A stretch of DNA of 58,747 nucleotides, counting the filler, from Dimargaris cristalligena (Eukaryota): assembly GCA_003614675.1 (NCBI GenBank). It is 3 parts of 3 records of this genome, joined end to end, with 100 filler letters (N's around TTAATTAATTAA, not from the genome) between each part and the next. Parts side by side here need not be neighbours in the genome. Positions count along the whole stretch, not along the records: positions 19,711 to 39,199 come from ML002727.1; positions 39,300 to 58,747 come from ML002728.1; 1 more part is not named here. The stretch is one strand, 5' to 3'. The position numbers were made by a program, and so were the translations under genes. Below are positions 36,528-47,700 of the stretch, in pieces. The notes below the pieces were generated by a model. It searched no databases, was not told where the DNA came from, and saw nothing but the letters and a program-made list of their open reading frames with translations. Every line of letters begins with the position of its first letter. The first letter of the stretch is position 1.

Positions 36528-39199
36528 ATGGCGAGTGCCCGCCAATCCCCTGGGCCAACTACCCCCTCCCCAGCCGTACGGCATGGGCACGCTACCCGGT
36601 CCAGTTCGGGCGGCAAGAGCCTCCCTCCCCGTCAGGGTTCATCATCCCCTCCCCCGGACTCACCCCCCTCACTAGAGATGGCCGAGGCCATCGAATCGGT
36701 CGGTTGCACATCAGGGACTAGTCCCACCAAGCGACTGCCCTACAACCTGGAGAACCTCCACCCCGACGATGCTCGGGACAAGGTCTTCGTGGCCATTCTC
36801 AAGGCCCTTATCTTTATGGGCAATCGGCCCAGTTCCCCCAAAGAGCTGGCCCATTGCATCATGAAGCAGAAATTCACCATCCTCGGGGGAAACACCCCCT
36901 ACGCCACCGTGTCGTCCCGTATCTCCCAGCACTTTAAACGGGCCGCCGAGCACAAGCCGCCCCGGCCCCCCATTTTGGGTAAAGCCATCGATAGCAAATA
37001 TTCTAGGAAAATTCATTATTATTTGGCCACCGGGGGCCCTCCGCCCCCCCCCCCCCCCCCCCCCCCACTGCAAGGCGACGACACCGACGAACCCCTTCCG
37101 CCCTGGCTTTCCCCCGCCGCCAATATCGACCCCGACGGTTTCCCCGGCCCCTCACGGGCTTCCGCACAGAAAAAGCGCCAAGCCCGGGGCCGGCCCGGCT
37201 CCGGTAAAACCGCCCCCAAGAAACCCCGGCTCCACAATGCCTCGGATTCCTTGGATGCCCCGCCCGCTCTCGCCCGGGGTCGGAGTCTGGACCCTGACCG
37301 AGAATACTATCACCCGCCCCCCAGCGATCCAGGTGGCCCCACTTCCCACCTTCATCGTCTCTCCCGCTCCGTTTCCCTGTTTGACCGGGACCGGGGGACT
37401 GACGAGACCATCCCGAGGTTCGATATTCCTCTCCCTGGTCGGGGTAAATGGGTCCCCGGTCGGCCTTCCCGTCCGGTCCAGCCCACCGAAGACTTCCCCG
37501 TCCCCCCCAGCCCCTGGGTTCCCCTCGGATCGGCCTCGGTCAAGGCGGGGCCGTCCCCCCCCCACCCGCGGCCACCCCTCTCCCCCGCCCCCCCCCCCCC
37601 TGAAGCGGCTCTCCCAAGCCAATCCGCCGCCCTTTGTCCCCCACCTCGTCATCTGACGGCCATCACTCCCCCCACCATCACCCCCGGGCCCACCACCGAT
37701 GCCTCCCCCCATCGGGCCCGTCGGACCGAAGCGACCGGCCCCGGCCCTCTTCCCCCGCCCGACGAGATTATGGATTTTCACGAGGAAATGATGAGTGGCC
37801 ATTTGGCCGATAATGTCTCCCCGTTAATTCTCCCTGCCAAACCACCGGCCTCCCGGGACTCGCGCGTCGGAAGCCCCGCTATCCCGGGCATTAATATCCA
37901 CACCGAAATCGAGCCCCTCTTGCTCCAGGTTCAGGCCGAGCGAAACCAGTCCCCCGCTCATCCCAGTGTATCCGGTGGCTTCTCTTCCACCACTTCCCAC
38001 CCATCGCCCCGGTCCCATAACCCCGCACCTCTCGACTCCACTGGCACGAGTCCAACCCCTAATAACGGTAGCCCCAACTCACGGCGGATCCACATGGGGG
38101 CAAATAGTCCCTCGGATGCGAGTGACAGCCCCCTCCGCACTCCCACCACCCCTCCGGTCACTTATTTTCAACCCTTTGCCACCACTACCCGCTCTCTTTT
38201 GCCACCATCCAGTGTAACAATTGGGAGCCCCTTTCACCTGAATAATCTATGGCAAACCTCGCCCTTTCCCCCCGACTCCATTTTTGCCGCCTTTCCATCC
38301 CACCGTAAGAATTCCCTCGCCGATATCTACGGCGAGGACGCTGTCGCTCTAGGTCGGTCCCCCTCGCCGGCCCAACGCCCCCCCGTCACTCCGTTGGGAG
38401 TGCGGCTCCAACAGGCCGCTGCTCTACAGCACCACCCCACCACCTGCGCTTCTTCCACCGTCTCCTCCTCCTCCCATCCTAGTGACCTAATTACCGCTGA
38501 TTCGGACCTGGAAATGGAATTTAACAACGAAGAGGGGCTGCGCGATGCGGAGGACGATGGTCATCCAGTGACGGATACGGACCTTGATGGCGATGCGGGC
38601 CCCTCCGTTGCCATGGGGCCGGGGTTGGACGAAGGAGCTGACCACCATTCCGCTGTAGGCCGACCTACCCCCATCGCGATCCACTCGGCGGGGCTTAGTC
38701 AGAGTCGCCCCGTCGCCCTTCCCGTACCCGCTAACCCCTTCCTGGCGGGCACCAGTTTTGGTAGCACTAGTGGGCTCAATGACATCAATGACCCCGAGAG
38801 TATGTCGTTGACTGAACTTGAGCAACTTTGGTCCTCCCCTCCCAGCCATTGTACTTCGGCTATCGCCTTGTCCGTCTCTCCGTCCGATGATGCCTTGTCG
38901 GGTACGTCGGGGATCTGCCGGTGCACCCCGGTTTGGCGGGAACGGTCCACTGCGAGCATATTTCCCCGGCATCGGTCCGTTTCCCTCACGGACCCACCTC
39001 TCGCCCTGGTTGTCAGTACATCCCGACGGTCTGACCTTCGTCGCGGAGGCGACCGACTCCTCCCTCGACTCCTTGACCCGGTCTTGGAACTCGAGGGTGA
39101 CGAGGATAATGCGGGCACGGTCACTGGTTCCACCGAGTCGGCAAAAAGAACTAATGGTCAGCGTTCCCCAGACGATCTGTCCTTTCTGTATTCATCGTC
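36528..39199 (+). CDS. GDS1-like / HARE-HTH winged-helix protein, 3'-truncated by the assembly gap
   Basis: DKVFVAILKAL..MGNRPSSPKELAHCIMKQKFTILGGNTPYATVSSRISQHFKR winged-helix motif followed by a long Pro/Ser-rich region; the ORF runs into the N spacer. Confidence 0.8.
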
Positions 39200-39299
39200 N
39201 NNNNNNNNNNNNNNNNNNNNNNNNNNNNNNNNNNNNNNNNNNNTTAATTAATTAANNNNNNNNNNNNNNNNNNNNNNNNNNNNNNNNNNNNNNNNNNNN
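39200..39299. other. Assembly join: N spacer with TTAATTAATTAA linker
   Basis: 44 N + linker + 44 N; the genes on both sides are truncated. Confidence 0.95.
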
Positions 39300-39354
39300 A
39301 TTCAACCCATCGCCAATGCCCTGGATATCCTCGACGGCGAAATTCTGGCCGGCC

Positions 39355-40832
39355 GGGCGGCGGGGCAATTGGGGTCGTCCGCATCCGGATCCAGCGGGGG
39401 TAGTGGTGTGGTCGAGGCCAGATACAGGGCCAGGCCGATGGGGGAGGTTTCCTCGTCCCCCGGACGGGTGAGCGGCAGTGCAGGTCCCAGTCCTTCTTCC
39501 AAGTCCCAGACCTCCCAGCCCCGGAAGACCCCGTTAACTCCTTCCACTTCGATGTCGGTTCGCTCAGCCAGGAAACCGAAATACGGCGAAGGGGTTGCCG
39601 CCAGTATCACGATGCGCGGGGTTAGGGCACCCCAGTGATTCAGCGTTATATTAAAGTATTTGTCCTCGCGTTCCTGGATCCCAGTGGGCCCGCATATGTA
39701 GCCACATCTGCGAAACGTGACATTTTCCACCCCCTTATCCCACGACAGGACATACACTTTGTTATCGTGTGGGGGTTCGCGATCCAGTTTCCCGGCGGGG
39801 TCGAAAAACGCCGAGCTGGGCTCTTGCTCGCCATAGACAACGGTATTGCCATTATTGTCCAATAGTTGAATGTGGGCCACTTGGTGTACGGTGTCCTCGA
39901 GGTCGGAAGGGGGGGGTACCCGCTTAGTGACACTGCCGTCGAGGGAGCACCGGCGAAGTTCGCCATGGTAGGTGCCTATCATTAACTGTTTCCCAAGGCG
40001 AGACCAGGCCAGCGCAGTGACGCGATCCTGGCCACCAAATCCACTGGTGTAGGCTACATTTTCAGTGGCAAAGTCGATCAGGGAGTAATTTCCGTTCGTG
40101 TAGAGTACCGCCACCGTATTAGGCAGTGCCTTCGGATTAGGCTGCAGATCCCGAATTGCACACGACCGGTCACCGATGGCGGTGGGTACCGGTAAAGTGC
40201 GCAGGGGCAGGCTCGAGGCGGTCAAGGTGCGCAAATCGAATACCAAAATCTCGCCCGATGCCAGGCCTAGCAAAAGGGTGGATTCGTCAAGCGAGAGGGC
40301 AACGTGGTGGACCCGCCCCTGGGGAATCGGGATTGCTTGGTGTCGCCCGAGGTCGGCCAAGGGCGGGGTGCTACCCCGGCTAACCTTGCGCCACCGCTCA
40401 CTGAGGTCCTGGACGTCAATTACAATAATGCCATCCACTGTGGCGGCGATTAAACAGCCATAGGCGGAGGATGTGGCTAACAAGGAGCAGAAACCGGGAG
40501 TTGATTCAAGCGGTAGTGGGGAAGTGATCCGTGCCAACGAGCCTGACAACAGCTCCCGGGTCTGGAGGTGGCTAACCGTAAATTCCTGGATTTCCTGGAC
40601 TGGTTAATGAAGCAGACCGCGGAAATAAACGGGTGGGAATAGTACATTGCGCAAATAGGACAGAACGGGCCAGAGAGGGGGGTTAGTAAACGGCAACCAA
40701 GAAAATTCCGGAGGTGGGACTTACCGGGTTTTGACTTCTCAACGGACCTGTAAAGGCTACGGGAGCCGGCAGTCACCCGTTGGGGACAAACAACTTACCA
40801 GTTGGGTTCAGTGTGGCGAGAATCGACGACAT
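39355..40832 (-). CDS. NUP159: Nucleoporin Nup159/Nup146/Nup214 N-terminal beta-propeller, 3'-truncated; exons 40799-40832, 40725-40747, ~40594-39355
   Basis: SLLATSSAYGCLIAAT, IRDLQPNP, VTALAWSRLGKQLMIG..G, ETSPIGLALYL..T.PLP resemble the Nup214/Nup159 propeller. FG repeats and coiled coil are missing because the contig ends. Confidence 0.8.
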
Positions 40833-41535
40833 GGCAGCGGGGTAAGGTTAAAAGCGGGTCGATTGAGGAGGTAGTAAATGCGAAGTAGTTGAATATATAG
40901 TGGCTACTGGTTTCAGGGTGGGGGAGTTGAAAATGTGCAACCAGTCGGAGCGGAAGCCCTTGATCCGGAAGGGCGGGGACGACTCGTGCGTTTACCAGTT
41001 GGGAAAGTCGGAGCTAGAAAAAAAACAGTAGCTGGGGCGAAGCGTCAGGGCTAGTGATGAATGGAAGAAGAGATGGGGGGATATTGGACAAGTATTTCAG
41101 CAGAAAGGGAAAAGGAAAGGAGGAGGAGCTCGTTAATCGAGAAATCAAGGAAAGAGCCACAACACTGACCAGCGGCCCACTCAAACTTCGTTTAACAGTT
41201 TACCTTTGACCAAGCCACTGTAGGCAAGGCTTCTGGAACTTAGGCTCGTTAGGGCTGATGCATACAGCTCAGAAGCCCTCCCCATTGGGCCTCACTTTAG
41301 GTCTTTATTCCTTGTCTGCTTTCAACACCAAGGGTTCTTCATTTCCTTATAGAGCCTTGAAGCACCCACGGGATTCCCTACTTTAAGCCGAGAGTTGCAT
41401 CCGCTTTTAACTAGCTCTCCTATATCTTTTACATTACTACCTTGATTAGCCCCAAAGTGTCTTCTCTTCAATAGCCGACGGCTGGCCCCCCTCTGTACTT
41501 CTTCAGCGTCACCTATTTGAGGAAACTAAGCGGAC

Positions 41536-44325
41536 ATGGTCACCTCCCAGCTGGCTTCACCAAAGGGGCAAAATAAATCGGTGCGGTTGGCTCTCCAAGT
41601 GCCTGGGCAGCTCTTTCGGAGTCGCCCGGCCACCTTGCTTCGAGGCCAGCATACTTGGGCCAGTCGCTCCCGGGCTCCAGGGAACCAACCCGGCCCAGCC
41701 CCAGTAGCGCTGCCATTTGGGGTCTACATGGAGTCCTCACGTAAACCCACTCCGGTCACCCACCCGCCCCTCGATTTCCACCTGGCCCCCCCGGTATACC
41801 CAGCGCAGGCTCCCGCTTTATGGCAGGAACTTTTCGCTCATAATTGGTTAATGGACCGGGTCGCCCCCCAGCGGATTCCCCTCACGGCTTCCGAGGCCCG
41901 ATTCTATAAACGACAGCGCGCGGCGATCCCCACAGCCCCCACACCCGCAGACTGTGTTTTGCCCACTTTACTTAACGACACCAGCCCGTTGTGGCCAGCC
42001 CTATCTTTGGGACCAACTCCCCGCCCACGGACTTTACCTTTGATCAGCAGTGACAGGGAGCTCTTTCGCCGCCGAGAAAATCTCGATCAGGTCACCAACT
42101 ACGGTCGCTATTTAGAGGACCCTTATTACCGTAGTCTACGCTTTTTCAACAAGTCGGATTTTCTGGGGAACCTGTGCACATGGTCGCCTATGGCCCCCTG
42201 GTTCAATGAACTCTTTGTATACACCCTTACCCAGGCGATTCGCCATCAGGATATATGGACCTTTAATGTGCTGGCTGACCACCTACGGGCTCTTGTAGCG
42301 AAGGGCCCTAGGGACCGATTGCCCAAGCTAATCCCTAGCTGTAAGGCCTTGCTGAAGCACCTGGCCAGCCAGAAGGACGTTGGGCCCTTTCAAGACTTTC
42401 TCAATCAGATGCTAAACGCCGGTTTCCGAGTGGATGAGTGTACCCTGTCCCACCTTTTGTTATTGCTTGTGCGTGCCCAACTCTATCCGGCAGTGGTTCA
42501 CTTTCTCCACGGTCTCGATCCCTGTGGCCCCAAGCCCTCCATCGCAGCGATTAATAGTTGGCTTCAAACGATACTGCTCCAAACCCCCTCGCATCAGCAT
42601 ATCGGTGCCCTATGCCAGGTACTAATAGAGCGCTATCCGCCAAGGGATTTCAGTGGCCAGTTTCTTCCTGACCGTTACCAGATCAATGGCGCAACCTTAG
42701 GGATACTCCTGCAGGCCTGTAACACGCGCAACCAGATCCGAAGCGTGTGGCTGCTGATCTGCCAGCTCCGGGTGCTCCGCCCCTCAAATGCTCTACTAGA
42801 TAGCCCCGCGTGTCAGCGGGAGCTTCTACGTGCCTGTGTCCGGGCGGAGGGGTCCTTTAACGGTAGCCTGGCCTCTAATTTCATGGAGACAGCTCAATGT
42901 AGACAAATCCGCCCTAATCTGTTTAATGCAACTTCAAGCAAGCAAGTACCGGCTGTATTGGCGGCCTTGTTGTCACCCTCCGCCCAATCCCAGGTCGAAG
43001 CGACGGGAGTGCTGGCAAGTTGGCGACCGTCCCCGTCACTCCAGCTAGACTTCCTCCGAGCCCGGCGAACCTTCCTGACCTGGGCCGAAATCAAGCAAAT
43101 CAAGGCCCAACTGACCCTGACCCAACCGAGGCTAGATTTAGGTATCATCGCTGGACTGTGGGTCGCCATCATACACGACTATAAGATCACTCAGACACGA
43201 ATCCTGCGGCGTAGTACCCGCGAAGCCCAAAGGCGGGAAGCAATATGGCGGGAAACGCTGCAACGTCCCTCCCTCAATGTAACCACCCCTTCCTTCTCTA
43301 CTTTATTTAAACAGCGCCGTAGTGATTTCATGCAAAAATTTGTCTACACTGCCCAATTGCGAAGGACGAAGCAGAGCCGAGATCACCCCACTGTCACTAC
43401 AATTCATAGTCAACTGGCCCTGCGCGGCGCCTTAGTCACCCAGCTGTGGAAATTGGGTCTTCAATTGGCCGTCCGGCTTCATTCCCCCTTCGCTAACCCC
43501 ACCCCAGCAGCCCGCCAGGCGACCAGTTCGGCTTCTTGGGCGCATTTTGGAGAAATGATAGAGGCACTGTCCATTGTCTCTGACACTCCAGCTCGACCGG
43601 CCCGAAAGCCAGTGGCGCAGGCTTCTACGGTACCTAATCCGACCATGGCCCCCCTTCCCATGTATTTTATCTTGACCTACATTCGCAGTCTAGGTGCGCT
43701 AGGGGCGCCCCAATGGTTGGAAGGGTTCACCAACGAGCTCAGCTCCCACTTGGATGACAGCACCCGGACTGGTTGGTGGTCCAATGCGCCCGTTTTTAAA
43801 CCCCGCGTTTTTCGATGCATCTTGGTGGCAGCATGGACCAGCACGAGGGGCCGTGATTTGGATCTGGTATGGCGGATATTCCAGCAATTGTATCAGTTCT
43901 ACTCTGACCACCACAAGCAAACTAGCCCATCTTCCGCCTATTCAGGCGGTATGACTGACCCTGTTCATAGTGGGCAATTGGATCGACCAGCGGCCTGGCT
44001 GGTTGGCCTAGCGGCAAGAACCACCGACTCCCACCTAAGTCTGGCTACGGTCCATAAGACGGTAACTTGGTTGCTCCAAGCCGGAATTACCTTTGACCCC
44101 GAGGAACTCAATGGCCTGCTTGTTCGTATAGGCAACCAAATTTACAATTCTCATTCTATAACCCCATCTTCCGGGCATCTTAACGGCCCGCGGGACGACC
44201 TACCTTCCACGCCTGATGCCGTTTTGCAGTGGGCCCATACAATTGTTTATCTGATGGCTGAACTTAACACCCCGGCTCAATTCGAGGATATGTGTCGCAA
44301 CTTAGAGTCAGCGTCTCTCAAATGA
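41536..44325 (+). CDS. Uncharacterised 929-aa helical protein, possibly mitochondrial PPR-like
   Basis: Long intronless ORF; Arg-rich, acid-poor N-terminus (presequence-like); PPR-like helical segments (MLNAGFRVDECTLSHLL, KPSIAAINSWL, INGATLGILLQAC). Confidence 0.6.
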   Translation: MVTSQLASPKGQNKSVRLALQVPGQLFRSRPATLLRGQHTWASRSRAPGNQPGPAPVALPFGVYMESSRKPTPVTHPPLDFHLAPPVYPAQAPALWQELFAHNWLMDRVAPQRIPLTASEARFYKRQRAAIPTAPTPADCVLPTLLNDTSPLWPALSLGPTPRPRTLPLISSDRELFRRRENLDQVTNYGRYLEDPYYRSLRFFNKSDFLGNLCTWSPMAPWFNELFVYTLTQAIRHQDIWTFNVLADHLRALVAKGPRDRLPKLIPSCKALLKHLASQKDVGPFQDFLNQMLNAGFRVDECTLSHLLLLLVRAQLYPAVVHFLHGLDPCGPKPSIAAINSWLQTILLQTPSHQHIGALCQVLIERYPPRDFSGQFLPDRYQINGATLGILLQACNTRNQIRSVWLLICQLRVLRPSNALLDSPACQRELLRACVRAEGSFNGSLASNFMETAQCRQIRPNLFNATSSKQVPAVLAALLSPSAQSQVEATGVLASWRPSPSLQLDFLRARRTFLTWAEIKQIKAQLTLTQPRLDLGIIAGLWVAIIHDYKITQTRILRRSTREAQRREAIWRETLQRPSLNVTTPSFSTLFKQRRSDFMQKFVYTAQLRRTKQSRDHPTVTTIHSQLALRGALVTQLWKLGLQLAVRLHSPFANPTPAARQATSSASWAHFGEMIEALSIVSDTPARPARKPVAQASTVPNPTMAPLPMYFILTYIRSLGALGAPQWLEGFTNELSSHLDDSTRTGWWSNAPVFKPRVFRCILVAAWTSTRGRDLDLVWRIFQQLYQFYSDHHKQTSPSSAYSGGMTDPVHSGQLDRPAAWLVGLAARTTDSHLSLATVHKTVTWLLQAGITFDPEELNGLLVRIGNQIYNSHSITPSSGHLNGPRDDLPSTPDAVLQWAHTIVYLMAELNTPAQFEDMCRNLESASLK

Positions 44326-44448
44326 AAACTTTATTAGGACTGTATAAATTAATAATAGATAAATACTAGCATAAAGCATATAATGATTTATTTGATGTGA
44401 TTTTGGATGGTTGAAATGGGGGGGGGGGGGGGGATTTGTTTTTTTTTT

Positions 44449-44504
44449 NNNNNNNNNNNNNNNNNNNNNNNNNNNNNNNNNNNNNNNNNNNNNNNNNNNN
44501 NNNN
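44449..44504. other. Scaffold gap flanked by poly-G/poly-T tracts
   Basis: 56 N with a G-run plus T-run on each side. Confidence 0.9.
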
Positions 44505-44778
44505 GGGGGGGGGGGGGGGGGAATTCAGTTTTTTTTGATGCCAGTTAGTTGTGGCCAGATAAATTGGGCCAAGGTACGGGTAGATGCTAAGCTTAGTGTT
44601 TAGTACTGGTTACCCAAAGTCGTTTTAGACCATGGGGTGATTTAATGCGTAGGTTATATTGCAAGTGGGGATTGCAATGTATAGTTACGGGTTCTTAATG
44701 AAAGCCCAGTCGATTGACACTAAAAAGAAATGGCCAGTGGTAAATTATATCCATGTGGGATTAGTAGAAATAACCCGG

Positions 44779-47700
44779 CTACAGTTCGTCGTGAGTTGGG
44801 GAGACCGTTGATACCGAGGGTGTCGGAGTCGAGTCAGGGAGGGGTTCCCGCAATTGGCGAATTTCACTGTCGTACACTTCCCACTCGGGCAACAATCGCA
44901 CGGCCCGCTTCAGTTTCGGTTCTTTGGTCAGGGGGTTGTTACATAGATCAATAGTCTTGGCGGTACCCAGGGACTCATCACTACACCAGGTTTCGCACCA
45001 GAGCCAGTCCTGGGGTAGGGAGAAAATGGGCACCTCGTGTTGCATATTGTTGGGTAAGTCCTGGTCCAGGTTGGCCAGCGAGTTGGGGTCCTGGCTGAGT
45101 AACTGGTACTGCTGCCGAAGCCGGTCGCCGGCGGCCAGTTGGCGGAACCGGCGGAGATCAACTACGTACAGGGCACTAATGTGGTACGGTTTGTGCCCAA
45201 GGTGTTGGGCCCACCAGCCGCCCTTCCAGAACCGGAATTTGTCCATTTCCGGACGGTTATCGCAGAAGGGCGTGTAGCCGTAGGGGGCCCCTTGTAAATC
45301 GATATTGGCAAGTTCGGCCAGGTCAACCCGCACAATCTGGTCAGCATCCACAAAGATCACCCTGTCCAAATCCAAGGGAAACAGCACGTCCAAAAACAGG
45401 ATCTTGTAACCCCAGATGGTTCTCTGCTTCTCCTTCTGTGGGCGAAGCCAATAGGGCCATTGGTAAGTCACCAATTGGTAAGTAAACTGGTAATGGGCGG
45501 CCAACGTAGGTAGGAACTGCTTGAAGGAGGGCGACAGGAAGTTTTCGATAAACCAGAACTTAACCGGATGTTCGGTATGACGCAGTACACTCACGATCAT
45601 AATGGCCATAAACCGCTCGTAGAGATGGCCGGAGGCTACCGAGAACACGTGGATGGTACGGAGAGGTCCAACGCCACTGCTCGAGGAGCCGAGGAACGGG
45701 ATGTGGATGCGGTGGGCGGCCTGCCCTACCCAATCCTGCAGGGTACGGAGGAGGCCCGAGGTTGAACCGAAATACCCGGGGGGAGAGGGGTTGGCGGTTT
45801 CCTCGGTGGTCTGCAGGAGTTGAGCAGCTTCCTGGCCGGGGCGACGACGTACACGGGGGTAGACCTTGGCCCCCTGGAACGAGTTGACAATTATTTGGGC
45901 CTGAACGTCACGGAGGGCATCTCCGGACCAACCGTCGCTAGCGATATCCTCCAATACGTAGATGTCACTGGAGCGACCGTCGCGCAGGCGAAGGGTCCAC
46001 ACGCCCGGGTCAGCCAGGAATTGGACGTAGCCATAATTGGCCATAACAATAGTATCGGCCACATGGGGTTGCGCAGGGTTGCCCAAGACCAACTGTAGGC
46101 CCCGGGGTGGGTAGCCCAGGGTTAGGTCCTGACAATGACCCTCTACCATAATGTGTTTCAACTGGAAATGCGCGCGGATTCCCTCACTAGCCTGGGCAGA
46201 CGGCACGGTGGCCAGTTGGATATTATCCAGATCGTAGGCACAGGCCACGGGTGTGACCATCCAGGCCGACGGGGCATCAATCGCCAAAGTAAAGAGGGGC
46301 TGAGTGGGCAGGCCATTGAATGTTAGAGAAGGTGGGTAGACTTGGCCATCTTCGGGGTCGAATTGAAGAGCCGCAGGGGCCAGGTAGCGGTAGAACTGCT
46401 TTAGCGGGAGTTCATCGAGGGATAGGTCAGGCCGCAAATAAACCTCCACCGCCACCCGCGGCAGGGAAGTCACCGTTTCAAGGATCGCACCCCATTTTTG
46501 GGCCTCTTCACTGAGTGGGTCTACGATGACCTGGATATGAAACCAGGCCTGTTTAAGATCACCCCGTGTGAACTTCAACTGGTTCAGGTTAGATAGCATA
46601 CTCTGAAGGTCCTGCCGGTAAATGGGAAGTTCGGAGGTGGGGTATGTGGCCGCTGGGGTGACACAGCTATGCACAATGGAGCCGGCGGCTAGAATCTTGT
46701 CGGCAATAGCACTAAGGTCATTGAACGAAGCCGGGCCGGCCAGAATTTCGCCGTCGAGGATATCCAGGGCATTGGCGATGGGTTGAATTCGGGTCTTGAT
46801 TTCATAGCTAACGAGGAGTTGTAGGGCTGTGGCGGTAAGAGGGAGCGAGTCGGGCAGATCCGGTAGACGGCGCCCGTTAACTACCAACGTCCGGGTGGTA
46901 TCACTCAGATGCAGAGCTACTGCAGCCTCAGGAGCGGGGGCCAGCGGACTAGCCTCGGACTCGTAAACCAGCTGGTATAGCGTAGCCCAGGGTAGGTCAA
47001 GGGAAGCGGCGGGGTCCAGCTTAGCCAGATACAAGGGAAAGTCGCGGACAAAATCGTCGGACTTTATATCAGAATGTTCCAAGGCGAAACTCAGAGCATG
47101 GTAGAGATACGGCGCAAAGGGGGCGATGGCTTGGTTGGACGCCTCCAGTTCCTGTGAAAACACTTTGGCATTATAGAGGTCCTGGGCAAGACGTTGAACA
47201 GCACCAACTAGGCGAGCCAGCGGGCTGGCATCCAGTGCATCCGTGGCCACGGGCGAGGGTAACCAGGCGACCCGGACGGTGGGGTCACGTAAGCAGAGCT
47301 GGAGGGAGGCCTGCAGATCCTGCCGAGAAGCAGGGGCCTTTAGGTCACCGACGACCCAAATGGACACTATAGGAAGGGAAGTAGTGTCCGTCAAAGTGAA
47401 GGGGTAAAAATAGCCCAACCGATGGATCCAATCACCTGAAGTTGACTCTACCCCCGCAGCAAATACGTTGTAAACGGTAAGAGGCCTAGCGGGGCTAGGG
47501 ATAATGTATGGGTTACGCTCCGTTAGTGCCCCTGGCTGGGTCAGTAAATATTCGTAAAGGTCGGTGTCATTGTCGATTTGTCCCTGAAAATAGGCCTGGG
47601 CCAGAAGCATCGAATCGCTTTGGTAGACCTCCATCACATGGGTACGGTAACCTTCAGCCAGTTCAAAGTATTTTCCGTTGACGAAGAGAGCGCCACTGTC

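Noticed and set aside
37044-37066. C23 homopolymer in the GDS1-like CDS as a slippage switch
   Set aside because: The frame stays open (poly-Pro), and the run length is unreliable in assemblies.
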